A program made the translations under genes and the position numbers. A model generated the notes under the pieces. That model was not told where the DNA came from, ran no database searches, and saw nothing but the letters and a program-made list of their open reading frames with translations. 64,000 nucleotides of DNA from an uncultured delta proteobacterium (GTDB lineage: Bacteria; Desulfobacterota; WTBG01), in contig CAWCBP010000008.1 in NCBI GenBank assembly GCA_963793865.1, positions 320,001-384,000 on the forward strand. Direction: 5' to 3'. Positions 20,316-29,816 of this stretch are shown in pieces (the stretch's first letter is position 1; every line of letters starts with the position of its first letter).

Positions 20316-22227
20316 ATGCGTTCAGGAGATGACCATACCAAGGCACAAGGCTCCCGGAAAGTGGTTGGCCGGGGGCAGGATTGCCTGCAAAAAAGCGGTT
20401 CCGCGGGGGGAAGGAAAACGGCGGGCGGCAGGTGGTTATGGCTTTTCCTGGTGATCCTTGCCGTTGTGATGCTCAGTTATTCCAACAGTTTAGAGAATCA
20501 GTACATCTTTGATGATTTTCATCTGATACTTTCGAACCCTCAGGTGACCAGCATCGAGAACACCGCACGCGACCTGCTCTCGGGGAAGCTCCCGGCATAC
20601 TATAGGCCGCTTAGAACCATTTCCTATGCTCTGGATTACACTCTCAATAAAAAGTTCTGGTACCGGTTTGCAAGCCATCAATGGACTGACAGGGGGCTTA
20701 TTCCCCTGGGATACCACGTCTCCAATATTTTCTATCATATCCTAACTGCATTGCTCGTATACCTGGTAATTTATAAGTTATCCTTGAATGCCAGGGTCGC
20801 TTTTATAGGCGCAAGCCTCTTTGCCCTCCATCCGGTACACACTGAAAGCGTAGCCTACCTTTCGGGGAGAAGGGATATCCTTTCTACTCTTTTTTACCTC
20901 GCTGGTTTTTATTGCTTCCTCTGTTACAGGCAGGGAAAGCAAATACGCTTCATAGTCGCCGCCTTTCTTATGTATATGCTGAGCTTGGGGAGTAAGGAGA
21001 TGGGGGTTACCCTTCCCGGTCTCTTTCTCGCATATGACCTGGTAAAAAATTTTAATCACAATGAGAGCAGCATGGGCCCCGGCTATTGGAAGGCTCTCTT
21101 TTCAAGCGCGAAGAAAAGTTTTCAGCAGTCTTATTTACTGTATCCGGTTGCTTTCCTGGGGGCTTTAGCCTGCAGCTGCTATGCAGTGTTCATTAAATCA
21201 GCTTCCCGTCAGGATGCGTATTACGGAGATAGCGCGTTTACCACTTTTCTCACAGTTGGAAGAATACTGGTGCATTATATAAAACTCCTTGTCTACCCCA
21301 TCAGGCTCAATGCCGATTACAGCTACAATGCTTTCCCTCTTTCGGTCTCCTTATATGAACCATCAACCTTCCTGTCTGTCCTACTGTTACTGCTGATGGG
21401 GTATCTGACCCTCAAGCTGCTGGTTAATCATAAAATGGCTGCTTTCGGGATTGCCTGGTTTTTTATAACCTTGCTGCCGGTATGTCACATCATTCCCCAC
21501 CATGAGATGATGGCTGAGCACTATCTTTATTTGCCTTCGGTTGGTCTCTGCCTGGTCGCGGCACTGGCCGGTAAGCGCTCCCTGGCGACGGGGAGGTCAC
21601 AACCTTGTTGCTCACAGGCTGTTTTCTCGCCGTAGTTGTGCTCTTTTCATTCCGGATATGGGATAGAAACAGGGATTGGAGCGACAGCCTTACCCTTTAT
21701 GAAAAGACGGTTAAAACAGCGCCTCAGTGCGCCCGCGCGCACAATAATCTCGGCAATGCACTAACTCGTGCGGGAAGAATTGAGGAAGCTGTTTCTGCCT
21801 TTAAACAGGCGCTCGCTATTAAGCCGGATTTTGCAGATGCCCGCAATAATCTCGGGATTGTCTATGCCAGAAGCGGTGATGTGGACGCAGCCATCACCGA
21901 ATATAAGAGAGTGCTGGCCCTTACCCCTAAACATACCAAGGCGATAGCATATAACAATCTTGCCTGGATTTATGCTACATCCATAAACGAGGCACAACGT
22001 GACGGCCGGAGGCAGTTGCATTAGCAATCAAAGCATGTGAGCTAACAGGATTTAAAAATGCCAGCTTTCTGGATACACTGGCCGCTGCGTGTGCTGAGGC
22101 GGGTTATTTCAAGAGTGCCGTGTTCTATCAGAAAAAGGCTCTGGCCATGAGTCAGGAAAAAGAACAAGCAGCTCTCCATGTCCGTCTGCGCCAGTATGAG
22201 TCCGGCCAGGCTTACCGATCCTACTAG
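20316..22227 (+). CDS. TMTC-like GT-C membrane glycosyltransferase with C-terminal TPRs; frameshifts at ~21590 and ~22010
   Basis: YIFDD, YYRP, FALHPVHTESVAYLSGR, SKE and AEHYLYLP, then TPRs. The final frame reads AVALAIKACELT...LDTLAAA to TAG at 22225-22227. Confidence 0.78.
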
Positions 22228-22268
22228 GGCACTCATCTCTAACTGTCCCATCGTTTACTTTAGTGTGA

Positions 22269-24569
22269 ATGGCTGGAACCTATTCATTGAGGCGAGCATG
22301 GGAAAAGCGAGCGTCAGAAAAAAAAGCAGGAAGACGTCCAGGGGAGCCAGCAGTTGATAACGGGTCAGCCTCTGAAGCCGGCTGCCTGCAAGCTCCGGCA
22401 CAAGAGGCCGAGTGCAAAAGGAAGTGGTACCTGCTCCTGGCTGGCGTGCTGCTTTTAACCGCTGCCTGCTATGGTAATTCCCTGAACAATACCTTTGTGT
22501 TTGATGATGCCCTGGTGATTGCTGAAAATCCCGGGATACGCGGCATTGAAAATATTCCCCGGCTGCTGGGATTCACAACCGGCCGCACTTCCTACCGGCC
22601 CATCAGGATGGTCTCCTACGCACTGGATTATACGCTTAACAAGAACCTCTGGTGCCAGATCGGGAATTGCCGGGAATCGGATCCCGGGCTCTATCCCCCG
22701 GGATACCATATTGGCAATATTGCCTACCATCTGCTGACGGCATTGCTGGTTTTTCTGGTCGTTTCGCGCCTGGCCGGAAATTTCCGGGTTGCGCTGCTGG
22801 CAGCGGGCATATTTGCCCTCCACCCGGTGCACACCGACAGCGTGACCTATCTCGCGGGCAGGAGGGACATCCTGTTCACCCTGTTTTATCTGGCCGGGTT
22901 TTATTTTTTTCTTCGCTACCGGCAGGAAAAGCGGCTGTCCCTGATGATTTTCGCCTTTATCATGTATATGCTCAGCATGGGGAGCAAGGAAATGGGGGTT
23001 ACTCTCCCCGCGCTCTTTTTGTGCTATGACATGGTTGAAAATTTTTCCCCGCAGGGTATCGGCCCGGGAGGCCGTGCCCGGGAGCTTTTCAAGAGTTTTA
23101 AAAAGAGTGTGGCCCAATCCGCGTATCTCTATGTTCCCCTGTTCATCGGCGCTCTTGCTTTCATCTACTATAAAGTTTTCGTTGCGTCACCATCCTACCA
23201 GAAGGCCTATTACGGGGACAGCGTTTTCATCACCTTTCTCACCGTGGTTAAGATTCTGGCGCACTACATTCAATTGCTGATATATCCCGTCAATCTCATC
23301 GCGGATTATTCCTACAACGCCTTTCCGCTTGCAACTTCATTGTTTGAGCCCGCGGTCCTCTTCTCCCTTGTGCTTCTCGCGGGGGTGGTGTACGCGCTCC
23401 TCCGCTTGTTGGACGGCCACAAGCTGCCGGCATTCGGCGGCGCCTGGTTTTTCCTGACCCTGCTCCCGGTCTGCCATATTTTTCCCCACCACGAGCTGCT
23501 GGCTGAACACTATCTCTATCTGCCCTCGGTGGGTTTCTGCATTGCGGCGGCAGCGCTGTTCGACACCTTCATGAAGGAGAAAAAGTACCGCTTATATGCT
23601 TCAGCCGGTTGTGTCGCCGTCCTCATTATCTTTTCGCTGCGCGTGGTTGACAGAAACAGGGATTGGAAGGACAGCCTTACCCTTTATGAAAAAACCGTCA
23701 CAACCGTACCTGAATGCGCCCGCGCAAACTCCAATCTCTGCGAGGCCTATACCAATGAGGGAAGGCTGGATGAGGCCCTGGCGGCATGCAGGCAGGCGCT
23801 GGCCATCAAGCCGGACCAGATCGAGGCGAACCATAATCTCGGCACCGTGTATGCGCGCAAAGGAATGGCGGAAGAAGCGATTGCCAGCTACAAACAGGCC
23901 CTGGCTTTAAGGCCGCGCTACGCGAAGGCATATTTCAATATCGGTGTGCTGCTTTATCAAAAGGGTGATCTCGAGGGTGCAGTTGATGCGTATAAGCAGG
24001 CGCTTGCCATCAGTCCTTACTATGCTGAAGCGAGAAAAAATCTGGGCATGGCCTACAGCGCAATGGGAAGATTTCAGGAGGCAATTGAGCAGTACAGGTG
24101 GGCAATGGCCATCAAACCGAACTATACCGGCGCCCGGAACAGCCTGGCAGCCGCCTACCTGCAGCAGGGTGCGTTCGATAATGCCATAGCGGAAATGGAA
24201 TTGGCGGTGGCCGGCAACCCCGATGACGCGGACGCGTATTTCAGCCTGGGATATGCCTATTCACAAAAGGGGGATACTGCCAAAGCGGTTGACGCGTATA
24301 AGCGTGCGATTGCCAAGGGCCTGGTGAGGGCGGAAGTCCACAGCAATCTCGGCAATCTCTACCTTCAGGAGGGGAGGCTTGATGAGGCAATCAGTGAATA
24401 CCTGCAGGCGATTTCCATCCAGGATAATTTTGCCGGCGCCCATAATAACCTGGCCATGGCATATTTTAAAAAGCAAGAGTATGCCATGGCCATAAAACAC
24501 TGTGACAGGGCGGCGGAACTCGGTCTCAGCAATCCGGCCCTGCTGAAGGATCTCCTGCCCTATCGCTAG
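22269..24569 (+). CDS. TMTC-like GT-C membrane glycosyltransferase with multiple TPRs
   Basis: FVFDD, SYRP, FALHPVHTDSVTYLAGR and AEHYLYLPS, then a TPR array. Close paralog of the upstream gene. The start is uncertain. Confidence 0.85.
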   Translation: MAGTYSLRRAWEKRASEKKAGRRPGEPAVDNGSASEAGCLQAPAQEAECKRKWYLLLAGVLLLTAACYGNSLNNTFVFDDALVIAENPGIRGIENIPRLLGFTTGRTSYRPIRMVSYALDYTLNKNLWCQIGNCRESDPGLYPPGYHIGNIAYHLLTALLVFLVVSRLAGNFRVALLAAGIFALHPVHTDSVTYLAGRRDILFTLFYLAGFYFFLRYRQEKRLSLMIFAFIMYMLSMGSKEMGVTLPALFLCYDMVENFSPQGIGPGGRARELFKSFKKSVAQSAYLYVPLFIGALAFIYYKVFVASPSYQKAYYGDSVFITFLTVVKILAHYIQLLIYPVNLIADYSYNAFPLATSLFEPAVLFSLVLLAGVVYALLRLLDGHKLPAFGGAWFFLTLLPVCHIFPHHELLAEHYLYLPSVGFCIAAAALFDTFMKEKKYRLYASAGCVAVLIIFSLRVVDRNRDWKDSLTLYEKTVTTVPECARANSNLCEAYTNEGRLDEALAACRQALAIKPDQIEANHNLGTVYARKGMAEEAIASYKQALALRPRYAKAYFNIGVLLYQKGDLEGAVDAYKQALAISPYYAEARKNLGMAYSAMGRFQEAIEQYRWAMAIKPNYTGARNSLAAAYLQQGAFDNAIAEMELAVAGNPDDADAYFSLGYAYSQKGDTAKAVDAYKRAIAKGLVRAEVHSNLGNLYLQEGRLDEAISEYLQAISIQDNFAGAHNNLAMAYFKKQEYAMAIKHCDRAAELGLSNPALLKDLLPYR

Positions 24570-24694
24570 CAGGCTGTTGAAAAACACCCATCTGCTGCGT
24601 TACGCTCATCCTTCGTCATTGCAGCGTACTCGCATGTACGCCTCATTCCTCAGGATTTCGCGTGCCTTGCATCTGGATGTTTTTGAACAGCCTG
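24570..24694. mobile_element. MITE-like element with 17-bp terminal inverted repeats
   Basis: CAGGCTGTTGAAAAACA ... TGTTTTTGAACAGCCTG (16/17 match), non-coding. A partial left end recurs at ~47427. Both copies begin right after a TAG stop. Confidence 0.6.
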
Positions 24695-24740
24695 AGAAAA
24701 ACTACTTTTCAACAACCCGCAGGGAAAGACCCCGCCTGCT

Positions 24741-25757
24741 TTAGAGTACTTTGCCCTCGACGATAATAGTTGCCGCGACGGTCTTGCCCTGGCACTGCGT
24801 CTGAACGGTTACCGTTTCCCTGAATTTCTCTTTGGGTAATTTGTCCTTATTCAGCGAGATGGTGATGGTGTACTGTTTTCCCGCCTGATCGGCTTTTACC
24901 TCTGCCGTAATCCACTCCTTGCTTGTCTCGATCTTGTTAATACTCAGATCTTCCGACTGCAGATGGCTGATGACGGTGGTTCTCTTGAGGCTCGATGCGT
25001 CGAAGTTTTCCTTGCCGGTATCGATAACGCCGAAATAAAGATATTCGGGGGTGACCTTTATCTCTTTTTTCAGGTTTCCCAGGACCGATATCGAAACCTC
25101 GGGCTTCTTCTTTGATTCCGTCTTGAGCGCGATTCTTCCCCGGAAGGTATCTTTAATGCCGCCCCGCGTCTTAATCCCAAGGGTGTATTCCTTGTCCTTC
25201 TTCTCATTTTTCAGGGTGTATTCTATTTTATCGTCGATGTTTGAAGAAACCCCGGTTATGTTGAGAGGCTCATCAGTATTGGTGGTAATGCGCAGAACCT
25301 GTTCCAAACTGTCCCCGTAAAATCCGCTGAACATCACCCGGGGGGCCGGCTCTACGCTGATGAAGGGTTTTATCGTACCCCCGATGGAAACCGTGACCTT
25401 GGGCTGTTCGGGATCGTTTGAAAAAATAATCGCGCTCTGTCTTGTCGCTCCCATTTTGCCGGGTGTGCTGATTCTCAGGGTTACTTTGCCCTCCTGACCA
25501 GGAGGAATAGCCTTATCAAAATCGGCTACCGTGCACCCTCACCCCGGTTTGACATTGGTAATGTCGAGCTGGGCCGTGCCGGTATTCCTGATGGTGAAGG
25601 TGTGAATGATATCCTCACCCTCCCATAGCTCTCCGGCGTCATAGTCAGGGGCATCGATGGTGAGCCGGGGCTGGTCTCCTCCCTGCGCGAAGAGGCAGTG
25701 AACAGTAGAAAAGGTAAAGAGCAGGCAAAGCATGGTCAGAAACAGGTTTTTTTTCAT
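24741..25757 (-). CDS. DUF1573-like exported protein, probable selenoprotein (UGA at 25541-25539, motif KPG-U-GCT)
   Basis: ORFs 25539-25805 and 24741-25454 are in frame. Read-through gives NVKPG*GCTVADFDKAIPPGQEGKVTLRIST. Full-length paralog of 17686-18804. Confidence 0.85.
25507..25529 (-). promoter_or_regulatory. Candidate bacterial SECIS hairpin
   Basis: Minus strand GTAGCC-gattttgataa-GGCTAT, 9 nt after the UGA. Confidence 0.6.
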
Positions 25758-25933
25758 AAACAACATACGATTCTCCGGACTGGTTACAGGTGCGTGTTGC
25801 TTCACTGCTCATGCTTCCCGCAGATACACTTGCTTTCTCTCTCATTTTATATGTTTGCCGGGTGAATCAAGATGCTTGCGTATCCTGAACACATGAGAGG
25901 AAACAAGGCGGGTATAAATCAGAAAGGTCGTAT

Positions 25934-27163
25934 CTAGTAGTCGAATGTGAATTTCGTGGGTCCCATCTTGCCATCGTATACGGTCGAGCTGTTCCCCACG
26001 CTGGTGTCAAAATTCGGGACGGGGGCAATAGTGAATTCGCAGTTTCCTGTGCAGGTGCCGTAGAGCCGTGCAATGTTAATGGTGTCGTTTTGATCAGGTG
26101 CAACGCTGCCCAAATTACCCACAATAACCATATAGGTGCCGGGCCCCGAGGGGTTCGGGACTTTATTGGTCATGTCACTGTCCCAGGGTCCGCTCAAAGA
26201 AGAGCCGTCATAGACATCGGCACCGGTGATATTCATTTGAGATGGATCGTACTGGATCATGAAGCCGCTGGTAATAAGTTTTTCCGGTACATCTGATAAC
26301 CGGATGTCGACTTCCATTTGGTTGCCTGATCCCTCGTTTATGGCCCCGGCGGTATCTATTGCAAAACGGGGGGCACCTTCTATGGTCTGTTCCTGTTGAT
26401 TACCGCCGCTGCCGGGGAGGTTGTTTTCCTCTTCCATATTTGCATACAGGTCGGTGAGCGCGCTTTCCGCCGCCCTGCTCACCGCGGGATTGGGATCCTC
26501 AAGGGCCGATGTCAGCGGTCCCAGCGCGCCGTCACCCATTCTGGCCAAACCCTGCACCGCATTTACCTTGGCCGCTTCATCTCCCTCCTGCAGATCCTTT
26601 GACCATTCTTTCAGCGATTTAACGGTGTTTTCCCTGGGGGGCGTTTTTAAAACCTGTTTGTTTTCAGCCGGTTTGTTTTCGGCTTTATCGGTGCCGGCAG
26701 GATTTTGAGCGGACTTGCTGGCGCTTATGATCAAAGGTTTTTCAGATGACCCGCCTTTATTCTGTTCCTGAATATAAATCCTGACCTCCCTCAATGTGCC
26801 GGTTCCGGATCCCTTGTTCGCATCTGCCTGGTCATAAATGAAGACACGGTTATAGGAGGCCAGAACCTTATCTATTCCCTGATCAATGCCGAAGTTTGCA
26901 AATCGCACCATCAGCCTGTTCTGGCAAATAGAGGGCGGCAGGGAAAAGCTTATGCCGGTCTGGTCCGCAAGCTTTCGCAACACCTCTTCCAGAGGCGCGT
27001 CCTTGATATCTACCGACAACAGGTTATTTTCCAGCTTTGCGGTAAGAGAACCCATTGACAAGGCTGATTTCACCTCAGGTTTTCCCTGGCTCAAGCTGCA
27101 GAACCCTGCGGCAGATGAAAAAACAACAATCGTTATCACGCAGGCTATAAATAGTCTTTTCAT
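25934..27163 (-). CDS. Exported protein: secretin-N/STN-like domain + HEAT repeat + C-terminal cohesin-like (class A)
   Basis: LSVDIKDAPLEEVLRKLADQTGISF, then ALEDPNPAVSRAAESAL, then VDIRLSDVPE..ITSGF...YDP...YDG...GPWD...NFDT. Confidence 0.7.
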   Translation of the reverse strand: MKRLFIACVITIVVFSSAAGFCSLSQGKPEVKSALSMGSLTAKLENNLLSVDIKDAPLEEVLRKLADQTGISFSLPPSICQNRLMVRFANFGIDQGIDKVLASYNRVFIYDQADANKGSGTGTLREVRIYIQEQNKGGSSEKPLIISASKSAQNPAGTDKAENKPAENKQVLKTPPRENTVKSLKEWSKDLQEGDEAAKVNAVQGLARMGDGALGPLTSALEDPNPAVSRAAESALTDLYANMEEENNLPGSGGNQQEQTIEGAPRFAIDTAGAINEGSGNQMEVDIRLSDVPEKLITSGFMIQYDPSQMNITGADVYDGSSLSGPWDSDMTNKVPNPSGPGTYMVIVGNLGSVAPDQNDTINIARLYGTCTGNCEFTIAPVPNFDTSVGNSSTVYDGKMGPTKFTFDY

Positions 27164-27491
27164 GGGCACTCACCCCTTGGAGAATTATTCAGTTAAAACA
27201 GGTGGCCTGAGTTTTAAGTATGATAACGATTACACATCGGCTCTGGTCTTTAATTTAATAATATCATATTTTTAGATGCGGGTTAAGCAAAAAATTCAGG
27301 TCAAAATCCTGCGATGTGACCTCAGTATCCAATGCAATAGAGGCAACTGGATTCTGCAGCCGGGCCGCAGAATCCAGTACCTGCAAAATCATCAATTCAT
27401 GAGGATCAAACTTGACTGACAATTTTATTTAGATCCAGGACTTTTCCTCAACCTCCTTGAATCCTGGACCCTAAACCCTGGACCCTGTCTT

Positions 27492-29816
27492 TTAATAAGT
27501 GCACCACGGATCTGTTGCACAACTTGGGCAGCTGATACTGTATGAACTCCTGCCGAAATCCGCTTTAAAAAGTGCCGCGTCAGATCCATCAACATTCCCG
27601 TTGCAGCTAAAATCACCGTTGCAAAGAGCAACGGCGGTACAGGGGTTCTTGTATGAACTCCTGCCGAAATCCGCCTTAAAAACTGCCGCATCTGATCCAT
27701 CCTGGTCCAGGTCACCATCGAAGTTGCCCTCGCACTCGCAGGCATTACCGCAACCATTGCCGGCAGGAGGATAACTGTCGTCCTGATTGGGATCAAAAGT
27801 AGCGGGGCAAACATCACCGGCACAGACATTATCCCCGTCGGCCGTATCCGTACAGCTGTCACATGCATCGCCGGTCAAATCCTCGTCCGCATCTTCCTGG
27901 TTCATGCTGCAGAATCCGCCTGTCCCGCACTCGCTGGTGTTGTTTCCCGGAATGTTGCAGGGATCCCCGATATTGCTGCCGGCGGTGCAGGTGCCGCCGC
28001 TGGGCCCATTCTGGATGGCCGGGCAATTGTCACGATAATCGATGACCCCGTCATTGTCGGTGTCATCTTCAGCAAAGGCGCTTCCGAAGGAATATATTTT
28101 CCCGTTGGTGGAAGAATAGTAGACATGCCCGTCCGCCAGGGCGGGAGAAGGAACCGAATACCAGGCCACCACGTAGGGATCATGGCCCCTCACGATGAAT
28201 TCATTAGCCTGGATACTGCAGTTGTCATCCTTGCAGAACTGGTACTCCCACACGGGGGTCAGCGTGTTCGGGTCAGTAACGTAATCGTAGCAGAAGAGTT
28301 TCTCTCTCCCGTAGGTGTTTGAATTGATCCAGGCACGGTCATAGTCGGTGGCGGCCACATAGAGCAGGCCGTCCTGTGGAGAAATGGATATGCCGCTCGG
28401 CCCGGGCAGCCAATAGCCGGAAACAGGATGAGGATCGCCGACATTCCAGGTCGGCACACCCAGAAATGCTTCTTTAATGATCCGGCCCGTATCCTTGTTG
28501 AGCACAAACATGCGCCCGGTATCGGCTATGCCGATCACATACCCCCGGGATTCATCAACCGCAGGCGCTGAACAGAGGGCGGTATGACCCCTTACATTGA
28601 AGCCCGCATGGTATCCCCACTGCACCTGGCCGGTATCCACGTTCAGTGCCCAGAGGGCGCCGTCACCGCCGGGAGCATAAATAGTGTTGCCCGAAATGGC
28701 CTGGGTTCCTCCCTGAGCCAGTGGAATAGTTCCATGATGCCAGAGCTCGGCCCCGGTGTCTGCGTCAACCGTGCCAAACTGCCCGTAGTGATAATCGGTG
28801 GCGGTGTCCGCCTCGATGAAAACCTTGCCGTTCTGTACCGGCGGTATGTTGGTTACCCCGCATCCCCGCGGATTCCAGGTCCATAGGACCGAACCATTAT
28901 CTTCGTCTAATCCGTAAAAGTATCCGTCACGACCGGCCCAGTAGTTGGTGGCATCATTGCCGATGGTGGGCCAGGGATATCCCGGCTGCCCTTCAGTCAC
29001 ATAGGCCCAGGGCCGGAATATGGCATAAAAGCTGGGAAGGAATGACCCGATGTAGAGCTTGCCGTTGGAAATGGAGGGCGGGGAAAGATGCCAGGCCCAC
29101 TTCTGGTTATACCAGGGTTTCCCTACGTTCGGTCCCCCCGGGTCTTTGTAGGGTGTCCTCTCCCAGATGGTCGAGCCGTCATTCATGTTAAGCGAGATGA
29201 CCCGCCCGTCAAAGGTCCCGAAAATGACGCAGCCGTTGGTGCCGTAATTGGGGTCCATGGTGGGCCCGGTGATGAACTGGTCGTAACCGGCAGGAAAAGG
29301 AAGCGGGGCGATGAGAGAAAAATCAGTGCAGTCCGGCTGGGTGGTGGTGCACTCAAAACACCAGGAAGGACAAGTGCCGGTGGTATAGCACACCCCGGTG
29401 TTTCCCTCCAGCATGGGAATGTCATTGTAACACCAGTCGGTGGGGGCTCCGGCCGGTTCGGTGGGCGCCTGCCAGAGAAAGTGTTGGTGCCAGAGCAGGC
29501 CGCCGGTAAACTGATCGTTGGCTTGGATTACCCCGGAACCCGCCGTGATTATCATTCCCCGGTCCACCACCGAGGGACCCCTGGAATCGGCGCGAGTTGT
29601 GGGAGCCCAGGCGCGAAATTCGCGGTCTTGCATCCACAGCTTGGCTGCGGTGGCTGGATAGCCGCTGTCCGTTGCCGCGCCGCTGTTCAATAAATCATGC
29701 CTGAAGCTCGGCCAGGGATCTGCCGTCGGTCCCACAGCCAGACCCGTTCCCTGGATGCTGCACATTACAAAAATGATGAGAGGGAGAAAATACGCGAACA
29801 CTGTTTTCTTGCTCAT
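27492..29816 (-). CDS. Secreted PQQ-type (BamB-like) beta-propeller protein + TSP3-like + dockerin-like tail
   Basis: WPSFRHD..NSG, repeated A.D..TG..LW and SPALADGHVY motifs, and a CECEGNFD...FKADFGR tail twice. Confidence 0.85.
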   Translation of the reverse strand: MSKKTVFAYFLPLIIFVMCSIQGTGLAVGPTADPWPSFRHDLLNSGAATDSGYPATAAKLWMQDREFRAWAPTTRADSRGPSVVDRGMIITAGSGVIQANDQFTGGLLWHQHFLWQAPTEPAGAPTDWCYNDIPMLEGNTGVCYTTGTCPSWCFECTTTQPDCTDFSLIAPLPFPAGYDQFITGPTMDPNYGTNGCVIFGTFDGRVISLNMNDGSTIWERTPYKDPGGPNVGKPWYNQKWAWHLSPPSISNGKLYIGSFLPSFYAIFRPWAYVTEGQPGYPWPTIGNDATNYWAGRDGYFYGLDEDNGSVLWTWNPRGCGVTNIPPVQNGKVFIEADTATDYHYGQFGTVDADTGAELWHHGTIPLAQGGTQAISGNTIYAPGGDGALWALNVDTGQVQWGYHAGFNVRGHTALCSAPAVDESRGYVIGIADTGRMFVLNKDTGRIIKEAFLGVPTWNVGDPHPVSGYWLPGPSGISISPQDGLLYVAATDYDRAWINSNTYGREKLFCYDYVTDPNTLTPVWEYQFCKDDNCSIQANEFIVRGHDPYVVAWYSVPSPALADGHVYYSSTNGKIYSFGSAFAEDDTDNDGVIDYRDNCPAIQNGPSGGTCTAGSNIGDPCNIPGNNTSECGTGGFCSMNQEDADEDLTGDACDSCTDTADGDNVCAGDVCPATFDPNQDDSYPPAGNGCGNACECEGNFDGDLDQDGSDAAVFKADFGRSSYKNPCTAVALCNGDFSCNGNVDGSDAALFKADFGRSSYSISCPSCATDPWCTY

